From: an uncultured Spirochaetota bacterium
GTDB lineage: Bacteria; Spirochaetota; Spirochaetia; SZUA-6; Fen-1364
DNA length: 64,000 nucleotides
Assembly (NCBI GenBank): GCA_963845535.1
Contig: CAWJSK010000012.1
Location: forward strand, 160,001-224,000
Direction: 5' to 3'
Part shown: positions 39,455-48,400 of the stretch, in pieces
Layout: each line of letters opens with the position of its first letter
Position numbering within the stretch: the first letter of the stretch is position 1
Notes under the pieces: model-generated
Told to the model about the DNA's origin: nothing
Seen by the model: only the letters and a program-made list of their open reading frames with translations
Database searches by the model: none
Translations under genes and position numbers: made by a program

Positions 39455-40540
39455 TCAGACGGTCTTCTCTGCCAGGAGGTCCCGCACCCGGTCCCTGTTG
39501 TTCCAGAGAGCGCAGCCGGTGGAAGTCTCGGCAAAGAGGTCGTGATTCTGCCGCATCACCGCGAGGAACCGGGACTGAAGCGCTTCCTTCAACGGCATGC
39601 GGCTCACGTTGGCGTCAGAATACGCGGCAAACGGACAGGGTTCGAGGTCCCCCGTGGCGCTGATGTGCACGAACCCCCGCCCCGACGCAAGACAACCTCC
39701 CTGCTCCTCCTCATCCCATGGCACCGCAATGAAGACGGCTTTGAACCGACTGCGAAAGGATGAAACGAGGTCCTTCATCTCATCCCGCTGCGCATCCGTG
39801 ATGACCCATTCCTCCGTTCCCTCCCTGATGGGGGTGTATTCCAGGAAGAGGAAGAGCCGGCAGCCTTCCTTGATGGCGCTCTCGATGAAGTGCGGGTCAG
39901 TGACCGTGGCAAAGTTGTCTCTGGTGATCGTCAGCGAAAGGCTGAAGAAAATGCCGGCGCGCCTCAGCGCCTCCATCCTGCTTTGCAGCCGGGCATGCAC
40001 CCCCGCGCCCCTCCTGCCGTCGGTTTCCGTTTCGTTGCCCTCTATGCTCAGGACTGGCACCGTGTTGGGCTGGTCCCTGAGGCGCCGCACAAGCTTCTCA
40101 TCCAGCAGAAGGCCGTTCGTCACCAGGAGAAAAATCACGCGGCGGAAATCCCGTGTGATGTCGACGATCTCAGGCCGGACAAGCGGCTCCCCGCCGGCAA
40201 TCACGAAAAAAGACACTCCGAGATCCTCAGCCTGCGACACGATGCCTCGGAGCGCTTCCGCTGACAGCTCCTCCTGGGTCTCTCCGCGGATGGCCTGGGC
40301 GTAGCAACCCTTGCAGTGCAGATTGCACCTGTTGGTGATGCTGAAGATGGCGATGGGAGGGACCGTCACTCCTTCCCGGGCCTCTGCTGCGCGACGGCGG
40401 GCGGCCCTGCCCTGCCACAGCACGGTCCGCGCGAAAAACAGCGCCTGAGACGGGTGGCGCAGGCTCACGCGGACAAACTCGGAGAAGAAGAGGCGCAGAC
40501 CCTGGTTGAGGTGCGCAGTAGCGGACATTTTTCGAGCCAT
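39455..40540 (-). CDS. Radical SAM protein with SPASM/twitch domain
   Basis: CNLHCKGC, GGEP, GCLASGRG..EPCPF. Confidence 0.88.
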   Translation of the reverse strand: MARKMSATAHLNQGLRLFFSEFVRVSLRHPSQALFFARTVLWQGRAARRRAAEAREGVTVPPIAIFSITNRCNLHCKGCYAQAIRGETQEELSAEALRGIVSQAEDLGVSFFVIAGGEPLVRPEIVDITRDFRRVIFLLVTNGLLLDEKLVRRLRDQPNTVPVLSIEGNETETDGRRGAGVHARLQSRMEALRRAGIFFSLSLTITRDNFATVTDPHFIESAIKEGCRLFLFLEYTPIREGTEEWVITDAQRDEMKDLVSSFRSRFKAVFIAVPWDEEEQGGCLASGRGFVHISATGDLEPCPFAAYSDANVSRMPLKEALQSRFLAVMRQNHDLFAETSTGCALWNNRDRVRDLLAEKTV

Positions 40541-40681
40541 TGAACGGCAATCTCCTGCTGCGATGATTTGGGACGCCGGCCAGCGTAGCACGAATGGCGT
40601 CCCTTGAGAATGGAACACCGTGCGTCCAGCTTTTTGTCCCGGGAATAATGGTCAGGCTGACTCCAACAGCGGCGCGTTTTC

Positions 40682-41320
40682 CTATATTGATTGCCAGACG
40701 GCGCTTATCATTTGGCACGTTGCCTCCAGGTCGCGCGCCATTCGAGCTCCTGTCCGAGCCCCCTTGTGAATCTTATTCCTAGGCACGTCCACATACAGGA
40801 CCGACGAGCTCGGAAGACCAAGCCCTGAGTCCTCCGCTGCCTGAAACATCACCTGTGACAGAATCTTTACGAGTCGGTCTGATGGCGCATTCTTTCCGAA
40901 TTCAAACTTGATGATCTTTTCGGCGCCCTTTTCCCTAACGTGCAAGTCCGGGGCGACAGTAATGGTCACGTCATCAACGGTATAGTGCAGTGTAAGGTCA
41001 CCCAGAACCTCGTACTCGCGGTGTGCAAAGTGCTGTCGATATTGCGTGAGGGCTCGGGCGTTGTGGCCCAGACGAACCCGCGTCTGTCCCGAATTTCCTG
41101 CCGCGAGGGTTGCAATGCCATTGGCCTGCGCATCCAGCCAGCCGGGCTCCTCTCCATGCTTGTGATAGGCCGCAATTCGGTCGCGTGCTTCTCTGTAGTA
41201 GACGATCTTCGCGCGGGCCTCATCTTCGTCAGGATGTTTGTACTGCCACAAGATGGTTCTTTGCTTGGCGGGACCGGCGCTCATGAAGTCGGCGAAACCT
41301 TTGAGAGACAACTTGATCAT
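40682..41320 (-). CDS. Hypothetical protein, possible degenerate PD-(D/E)XK fold
   Basis: 212 aa with RBS AGGAG; VAPDLHV..KIIKFEF..YVDV pattern. Confidence 0.65.
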   Translation of the reverse strand: MIKLSLKGFADFMSAGPAKQRTILWQYKHPDEDEARAKIVYYREARDRIAAYHKHGEEPGWLDAQANGIATLAAGNSGQTRVRLGHNARALTQYRQHFAHREYEVLGDLTLHYTVDDVTITVAPDLHVREKGAEKIIKFEFGKNAPSDRLVKILSQVMFQAAEDSGLGLPSSSVLYVDVPRNKIHKGARTGARMARDLEATCQMISAVWQSI

Positions 41321-41441
41321 AAATACACTCCTCGAACTTTTTCGATCCGCACCTGATCATCAGCCGGCTTCGGCGAGGAGTTCCATACAAATTGATATAG
41401 AGGCCCTGCCGCAAATGCCCTGCGTCGCTGTGGCGTCTTCC

Positions 41442-42179
41442 CTACTTGCGCCAGCTGTATCGGATGGGATTCGCAGCTCCGCGCGGACGGAACTTATCTG
41501 GTACACGCTTGCCCACGTAGAGCTGCCTGATCTCTGCGGGAGCCTCGCGCCCAACGAACCCAAGGCGTCCTGGCCTGTCCTCCCTTCCGGGGAAATTGTC
41601 TGCCGTGGCCTCCAGCCAATCAGTAGCCATGAATGCGCCGACGATTAGGCCTCGCTCGGTTGCCAGGATCACATCGGCCTCCTTGGCTTTGGACACGCTG
41701 ATCTTCCAGGCGTAGCGAGTAGCCTCGTAGAGTGACCTTTCCGAGGCAGACCGGTTGACGTTGATCATCAGCGCTTTGTGTTGAAACACTGCCGGCTCGG
41801 CAGAGTAGCGCGTGATGATCTCTTTCGCGTGCATGGCTCCATAGTCGTTGCTTCCGGATCCACCGACCTCGTTGGTCAATCCAGGGAACGCATCGATGAG
41901 AGCCGCTTCAACTTCAAAGGCCGTCCGGTCGTCCAAGCCGTGTCGGTGTATGACATGCGCTACTTCAAAACCGGCACGGCGAATTTCTCGAATCCGTTTC
42001 AGCTTGTTGTCGAGCTCGTCGCCTTCGACCTTCTCGTGGATGTGAGAGAAGACGCGGTTGCCCTTTCCCTTCCCGACATAGAAGGCCTCACCGTTCCGTG
42101 GATCGATGAGCCGATACACGTATGTCTTCAGCTTGGAGGCCACACCTGGGGGGAAGGACTCGATTTCCTGCTTACTCAT
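41442..42179 (-). CDS. LEM-3-like GIY-YIG domain protein
   Basis: [37 protein letters not shown]. Confidence 0.82.
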   Translation of the reverse strand: MSKQEIESFPPGVASKLKTYVYRLIDPRNGEAFYVGKGKGNRVFSHIHEKVEGDELDNKLKRIREIRRAGFEVAHVIHRHGLDDRTAFEVEAALIDAFPGLTNEVGGSGSNDYGAMHAKEIITRYSAEPAVFQHKALMINVNRSASERSLYEATRYAWKISVSKAKEADVILATERGLIVGAFMATDWLEATADNFPGREDRPGRLGFVGREAPAEIRQLYVGKRVPDKFRPRGAANPIRYSWRK

Positions 42180-42247
42180 CCGATTTCTCTCCGTGTCCTG
42201 GCGCTTCAAGGCAGAGCATACAGGGCGGCAGGGCTCGTTTCCACACT

Positions 42248-42272
42248 GGGGGACGCTACGGGCTTCCCTCGC
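42248..42272 (+). repeat. Short copy (C) of the island element end
   Basis: GGGGGACGCTACGGGCTTCCCTCGC, identical to 43866-43890. Confidence 0.9.
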
Positions 42273-42409
42273 GAGCGCCTGCAGTATCTTGAATCGGTGG
42301 CCAGCTCCTGCGAGTATCTTGGTAAGGAGGAAGTATGAAGCTTAGCGGTTTGGCCTTGAGTCTGCTAAAAGACGCTGCGCAAGATCCCCAAGGCGTGATT
42401 CTTAGAATC

Positions 42410-43527
42410 TATTGAGGCTCGCAAAATTTCCGGACAAAAGAATTTGTTTGTGGCATAATCTTGCTCATGGAGAGGGGAAAAAAGAGGCTTGAAAAATTAC
42501 GCAAACGCCGCGAGAAGGCCGTTGCGCTCTTCGAGCAGGGTGAACGCCAAGCCGCGGTGGCTTTGCACTTGCGGGTCAGTCGCCAGAGCGTCAGCGAATG
42601 GTGGCAGGCATGGCATAGCGGTAACATCGCTGCCCTGGAGGGGGCAACAAGAGCCGGGCGAAAGCCCAAATTGGAGAAGGAGCAACTGGCGCTGGTGGAG
42701 AAGGAACTGCTGCGTGGAGCGACGGCTCATGGATACGCAACGGATTTGTGGTCCCTCCCTCGTGTGGCCCAGCTCATCAGTAGTGTGACAGGGGTAAGCT
42801 ATCATCCGGGTCACGTGTGGAGAATCTTGCGCCAGATGGGGTGGAGTCTGCAGCGCCCGACGCTGAAAGCAAAGGAAAGAGACGAAGAAAAGATTACTCA
42901 GTGGAAGACTCAGAGATGGGAAGAGGTAAAAAAAAACGCTAGCCTCTGGCGCGCATGGGTAGTTTTCCTTGATGAAAGCGGCCTTTCGCAGAAGCCTCCC
43001 GTGAGACGGACCTGGGCGCCACGAGGCAAGACACCCGTGCTCTGTCATACCTTTAATTGGAAGAAACTGTCTATCTGTGCGGCCCTCGGCTATCGATGGG
43101 ATGGCAAAGAATCTCGGCTTTTCTTTCGCATTGTTGCTGACAGCTTCAACGACGAGAAGTTGAGCGACTTCCTTTCACAGCTTCGCAAAGAGTTCCTTCG
43201 GAAGAAAGTTATTCTGGTCTGGGATGGCCTGCCGTCTCACAGAAGCCGCCGCATGACCAGTTATTTGAAGCAACAAGACAAATGGCTGACCGTTGTGCGC
43301 CTTCCCGCCTATGCCCCTGAGCTGAACCCGGTTGAGAGTGCTTGGGCGAATATCGAGGGCCAAGAGTTAGCCAACCGATGCGCCGATGACCTGGGAGGAA
43401 TGGTAGATGGAGTGCGCGATGGATTTTCCCGAATCCATTCACAAAGCAACAGTCTTCCCTATTCTTTCCTCAAACATGCAGGGATTTCATTTGACTGAAA
43501 CGTCACCTATTTACGCGAGGCTCAATA
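42410..43527 (+). mobile_element. IS630 family insertion sequence, copy 1
   Basis: Ends TATTGAGGCTCGCAAAAT / ATTTACGCGAGGCTCAATA; TA duplication; 1118 bp including both TA. Confidence 0.95.
42461..43498 (+). CDS. IS630 family transposase
   Basis: HTH plus DDE: FLDESG, VWDGLPSH, LPAYAPELNPVE. Confidence 0.95.
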   Translation: MLMERGKKRLEKLRKRREKAVALFEQGERQAAVALHLRVSRQSVSEWWQAWHSGNIAALEGATRAGRKPKLEKEQLALVEKELLRGATAHGYATDLWSLPRVAQLISSVTGVSYHPGHVWRILRQMGWSLQRPTLKAKERDEEKITQWKTQRWEEVKKNASLWRAWVVFLDESGLSQKPPVRRTWAPRGKTPVLCHTFNWKKLSICAALGYRWDGKESRLFFRIVADSFNDEKLSDFLSQLRKEFLRKKVILVWDGLPSHRSRRMTSYLKQQDKWLTVVRLPAYAPELNPVESAWANIEGQELANRCADDLGGMVDGVRDGFSRIHSQSNSLPYSFLKHAGISFD

Positions 43528-43869
43528 TATGAGGGGTGGAATGAACATCCAAACGAATGGCAAGCGCTTCGCGGGTAACAATGCTGCAGATGAGGCGGAA
43601 TTGAAGGAAGCCTTGTCGGTTCTCGAGTCCGAGGGATTGATAGAGGAATCTGGTAGGGAGTCTTTCAAGGTCACAGCGGAAGGACATCGCTTGGCCAAAG
43701 GATAGGTCAGCGAATCCTATGATGCAGTCACGATAGAAAAGATAATCAGCCTCCTTGAAGAGACAAGACACGAGATGAAAAAGCCTGCGACGGATGAAGT
43801 TCTCGACAGCCTGAAGTCAAAGATAGAAGCCCTCAGGTAACTGTTCAGCGATGGCTGGAATACAAGGGG

Positions 43870-44078
43870 GACGCTACGGGCTTCCCTCGCCCCCCTTGCC
43901 GCCCCCCCCCCTCCCAGCCCCACCCCCCCTGCTTACCCCCCGGCTAAGGTACCCTATGGTCGTCTGGGAGGGGGAGGCTCAAAAGGGGGGCTTCGGTGGC
44001 GGTACGCTCGCTACCGCCAGCCTTCCGCTGCGGGTGGTGAGTGGTGCTGGTGTGCTGGCGCACGAACCGGAAGGGCCG
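43870..44078 (+). repeat. Long structured non-coding element, copy A
   Basis: Near-identical to the reverse complement of 51033-51274 but lacks a 36-bp segment. Confidence 0.9.
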
Positions 44079-44306
44079 CAACTTCCTTGAAAACTAACGG
44101 ACATTTCGGTGCTCTGCTGCGTTCCTCGAAAAAGACGCTCATTTCAGCAGCCGCCCAACAACGAACGCTTGCGCCGAGTCGCGCTGTTCTTAGACCTCCG
44201 AATTACGTATAATGCGCATCCGCAGCCGGAGTCGGTAGCTATTTACCAGAGGCGGACATCGTAGGCGGCGCGATTACGACGTGCTGGATATGTTGATCAA
44301 TCGGAA

Positions 44307-45089
44307 ATGAACATGGGGACACCGAAAACGAAAACGCATTCGTCAGGAATAATCTCTTGGCCTGAGGAAGAACGCCCACGCGAGCGGCTGCTCTCGCGCG
44401 GCCCCCAGGCGCTGACCGATGCCGAGTTGGTGGCGATACTTATTCGCATAGGCTTCCAAGGAACCAGCGCGGTTGAATTGGGGCGGCAACTTCTGAAGCG
44501 CTTCGGTTCGCTAAGCGGAATGGTGGAAGCTCCGATTCTCGCTCTCTTGAAGGTCAAGGGATTGAAGGGCGCTAAGGCGGCTCAATTGCTGGCCGCGATG
44601 GAAATCGCCCGCCGCGTCGTAGTGCCTGCGAAACGAAGCGAACTTCAGTTCAAAAGCACAAGTGTGACAGCTGACTATCTCGCTAATCGCCTTCGGGGGC
44701 TTTCCGACGAGCATTTCCGCGTCCTCTATCTGAACCGTCGAAATGCGCTGCTGGATGATGCGCTAATTGCACAAGGTGCGGCCAATTCGGTTTATCCGCC
44801 GCTACGGAATATCATCGCGCGTGCACTGCAACTGAATGCCAGCGGGTTAGTCGCCGCGCATAACCATCCTTCAGGTTCAGCGGAACCGAGCGAATCCGAC
44901 CGTCTGCTCACTAAGGATCTCATTGCCGCCGCTCGGCCGCTCAGCTTGCGGCTGCTGGATCATGTTATCGTAGGTGAGGGGGTGATCTTTAGTTTTGCCG
45001 ACAGCGGTCTACTTGACGAGCTGGAGCTCGAATGTTTGGCCCCGCTAGATACTAAGAGAAACCGCAAGCTAAAGAAGGAGGCCAACTGA
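44307..45089 (+). CDS. radC: RadC family JAB-domain protein
   Basis: ERPRERLL, LTDAELVAIL, HhH region, EHF..HNHPSG..PSESD. Confidence 0.93.
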   Translation: MNMGTPKTKTHSSGIISWPEEERPRERLLSRGPQALTDAELVAILIRIGFQGTSAVELGRQLLKRFGSLSGMVEAPILALLKVKGLKGAKAAQLLAAMEIARRVVVPAKRSELQFKSTSVTADYLANRLRGLSDEHFRVLYLNRRNALLDDALIAQGAANSVYPPLRNIIARALQLNASGLVAAHNHPSGSAEPSESDRLLTKDLIAAARPLSLRLLDHVIVGEGVIFSFADSGLLDELELECLAPLDTKRNRKLKKEAN

Positions 45090-46820
45090 GATGACGCCAG
45101 AGCAAGGCCAAGAACTGGTCCGCCTGATACAGCAGGGCGAGGAGATCTCCCCGGAATGGGCGCGAATTCTGTTCCCGCCGGAGAAGCGAGAATATGAGCT
45201 GGTGTATCACGGCAAGGAGCGCGAAGAAGACATTCAGGCGAATACACTGGCCGTACCGCTGCAACCGGTGCGCACCTTTGGCAAGAATGGTGGCAATAGG
45301 CACAACATGCTTATTTTCGGCGACAACCTGCAGGTGATGAAAAGCCTGTTGGAATTGAAGAAGTCTGGCAAACTCTGCAACGCTGACGGAACACCTGGCG
45401 TACGGCTTGTTTACATCGATCCACCATTTGCAACAAAACGGGATTTCTCGGGAAAACAGGAGGAGCGGGCGTACGAAGACAAAGTGGAAGGATCGGCTTT
45501 CGTTGAGTTCCTGCGAAAGCGGCTGGTTCTCATTAGGGAACTTCTCACTGACGATGGATCCGTGTATGTCCACCTCGACCAGAAGAAAAGCCACTACATA
45601 AAGGTCATCGCTGATGAACTGTTTGGTGAGCACAATTTCCGCAACGAGATCGTGTGGCGAAACACGAACTCCCACAGTAAAGCAGCAACGTTTGGGAGGA
45701 TACACCAAACAATACTGTTCTTCTCAAGAGCGCAAAATCTCCGCTTTCATAAGATCCGTCGTCCACCTTTTAAAGACTACATCGGCCAGAATTTTGATGT
45801 TGGCCAGGACGGCACGCTGGTCTCGAAAGCTGATTTGACCGCTGAGGGAGTTCGCAGGGGCGATTCGGGCAAGGAATGGCGGGGGTATGATCCAACGTTG
45901 CGCGGAAGACACTGGGCTATTCCCGATTTTGTCTATGACCTGCTGGAGGAGGATATCACAGAGTTACCTCTTCTCAAGAAGCTGGACCACCTGCGGTCGA
46001 AGGGGATGGTCTACTTTCCAGATAAGGATGGCGGGCAGCCGCGAATCTTGCGCCCGCTGACCGATAGCGTTGGCAATTTTCTGATGGATCTGTGGTCATA
46101 CCAGCCTTACACAAATGGAATCTACGAAAAGAGCGACGAGGGGATTGATGAAGATGTCGGCTGGTCGATATCGAAGTTCGAACGCACAGGATACCCGACA
46201 CAAAAACCGGAAGGTTTACTCAGCAGGGTGATTCGTTCCTCAACGGATGAAGGTGACATCGTTTTAGACGCATTCGCCGGTTCCGGTACGGCCTGCGCCG
46301 TGGCTGAGAAGCTGGGGCGGCATTGGATCGGTATTGATTGCGGGAAGCTGGCCATCTACACGATCCAGAAGCGAATGCTAAATTTGAGGAGGGAAATCGG
46401 CAACAAAGGCCCTGCTCTTAAACCCAAGCCTTTCGCGCTCTACAACGCGGGTCTCTATGATTTTTCAAAACTCAAGGAGTTGCCGTGGGATTCATGGCGG
46501 TTCTTTGCCCTTCAGCTATTCCAATGCCGGGATGAGGGACACAAGATCGGCGGGATCGAACTGGATGGCTACCTCAAAGGGGCCAGCGTACTTGTCTTCA
46601 ACCACCAGAGGCAGCCGGGAGCCCGGATTGACGAGGAGACCGTCCGCAGCTTGCATGAGGCGCTTGGGACAAAGGTCGGCAGCCGTCTCTTCATCATCGC
46701 CCCCGCACTAACATTCGATTTCCAGCAAGACTACCTCGACCTCGACGGTGTACGCTACTACGCGTTGCGCATCCCGTACTCAATCATCCACGAGCTGCAC
46801 CAGCGGGAGTTCACTGCGCT

Positions 46821-47938
46821 TATTGAGGCTCGCAAAATTTCCGGACAAAAGAATTTGTTTGTGGCATAATCTTGCTCATGGAGAGGGGAAAAAAGAGGCT
46901 TGAAAAATTACGCAAACGCCGCGAGAAGGCCGTTGCGCTCTTCGAGCAGGGTGAACGCCAAGCCGCGGTGGCTTTGCACTTGCGGGTCAGTCGCCAGAGC
47001 GTCAGCGAATGGTGGCAGGCATGGCATAGCGGTAACATCGCTGCCCTGGAGGGGGCAACAAGAGCCGGGCGAAAGCCCAAATTGGAGAAGGAGCAACTGG
47101 CGCTGGTGGAGAAGGAACTGCTGCGTGGAGCGACGGCTCATGGATACGCAACGGATTTGTGGTCCCTCCCTCGTGTGGCCCAGCTCATCAGTAGTGTGAC
47201 AGGGGTAAGCTATCATCCGGGTCACGTGTGGAGAATCTTGCGCCAGATGGGGTGGAGTCTGCAGCGCCCGACGCTGAAAGCAAAGGAAAGAGACGAAGAA
47301 AAGATTACTCAGTGGAAGACTCAGAGATGGGAAGAGGTAAAAAAAAACGCTAGCCTCTGGCGCGCATGGGTAGTTTTCCTTGATGAAAGCGGCCTTTCGC
47401 AGAAGCCTCCCGTGAGACGGACCTGGGCGCCACGAGGCAAGACACCCGTGCTCTGTCATACCTTTAATTGGAAGAAACTGTCGATCTGTGCGGCCCTCGG
47501 CTATCGATGGGATGGCAAAGAATCTCGGCTTTTCTTTCGCATTGTTGCTGACAGCTTCAACGACGAGAAGTTGAGCGACTTCCTTTCACAGCTTCGCAAA
47601 GAGTTCCTTCGGAAGAAAGTTATTCTGGTCTGGGATGGCCTGCCGTCTCACAGAAGCCGCCGCATGACCAGTTATTTGAAGCAACAAGACAAATGGCTGA
47701 CCGTTGTGCGCCTTCCCGCCTATGCCCCTGAGCTGAACCCGGTTGAGAGTGCTTGGGCGAATATCGAGGGCCAAGAGTTAGCCAACCGATGCGCCGATGA
47801 CCTGGGAGGAATGGTAGATGGAGTGCGCGATGGATTTTCCCGAATCCATTCACAAAGCAACAGTCTTCCCTATTCTTTCCTCAAACATGCAGGGATTTCA
47901 TTTGACTGAAACGTCACCAATTTACGCGAGGCTCAATA
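46821..47938 (+). mobile_element. IS630 family insertion sequence, copy 2
   Basis: Same ends and length as copy 1; TA duplication; two substitutions spotted versus copy 1. Confidence 0.95.
46872..47909 (+). CDS. IS630 family transposase
   Basis: Protein identical to 42461..43498. Confidence 0.95.
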   Translation: MLMERGKKRLEKLRKRREKAVALFEQGERQAAVALHLRVSRQSVSEWWQAWHSGNIAALEGATRAGRKPKLEKEQLALVEKELLRGATAHGYATDLWSLPRVAQLISSVTGVSYHPGHVWRILRQMGWSLQRPTLKAKERDEEKITQWKTQRWEEVKKNASLWRAWVVFLDESGLSQKPPVRRTWAPRGKTPVLCHTFNWKKLSICAALGYRWDGKESRLFFRIVADSFNDEKLSDFLSQLRKEFLRKKVILVWDGLPSHRSRRMTSYLKQQDKWLTVVRLPAYAPELNPVESAWANIEGQELANRCADDLGGMVDGVRDGFSRIHSQSNSLPYSFLKHAGISFD

Positions 47939-48400
47939 AGCAGCCATCCGACGAACTGGCGGTGAACGACACAGTAGAGGCAGTTGGCTTCGACTTCATC
48001 CGCACGCCGGAGTTGCACCGCACATGCGGCAGCAGCAAACGCAAGGGCGAGCAATTGGCAGAAGCCTTCATCCGGATCAATACCTTCAAAAGCGAGGCGG
48101 TAGTGCGGGAGCCTATACGGAAAAAGGGTAACCGCGAGACGCTTTCGATGGTGATGCTCGACTACGATTACGATGGCGATATGTTTGATCTTGATGCCAT
48201 GTTCTATGCCGACGCGATTGCAGAGGCGGGCTGGGAGGTGCGGTTTCCTGTGGAGTCGCTCGGGCGGCAAGTGATGGCCGTTTTCGTGGACATCTACGGG
48301 AACGAAACGCGCGAGTTGATCGCGGCAGCGCAGTTTGGCATCAAGAACGACAGAGCGACGGCGCCCGACAAACGAAAACAAAAGCGGAATTAGATCAATC

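Larger units (their letters stand above)
42335..43840 (+). pseudogene. Small winged-helix-like protein gene split by IS630 copy 1, with an internal TAG at 43703
   Basis: RBS AAGGAGG; removing the IS and one TA restores [38 protein letters not shown]...FKVTAEGHRLAKG; the frame stays open 44 codons past the TAG. Confidence 0.8.
45091..48393 (+). pseudogene. mod: Type III R-M DNA methyltransferase (Mod), interrupted by IS630 copy 2
   Basis: GDNL, YIDPPF, YPTQKPE, DAFAGSGT; IS removal rejoins EFTAL-KQPSDELAVND in frame, giving 728 aa. Confidence 0.88.

Noticed and set aside
43703..43705. In-frame TAG as pyrrolysine or programmed readthrough
   Set aside because: The gene is already IS-disrupted and no pyl genes are in view; a nonsense mutation or a true stop is simpler
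43851..44090. Pro-rich small ORFs inside the element (43851..44090, 51012..51248)
   Set aside because: Translations of C/G-runs; the frame is not conserved between the two copies
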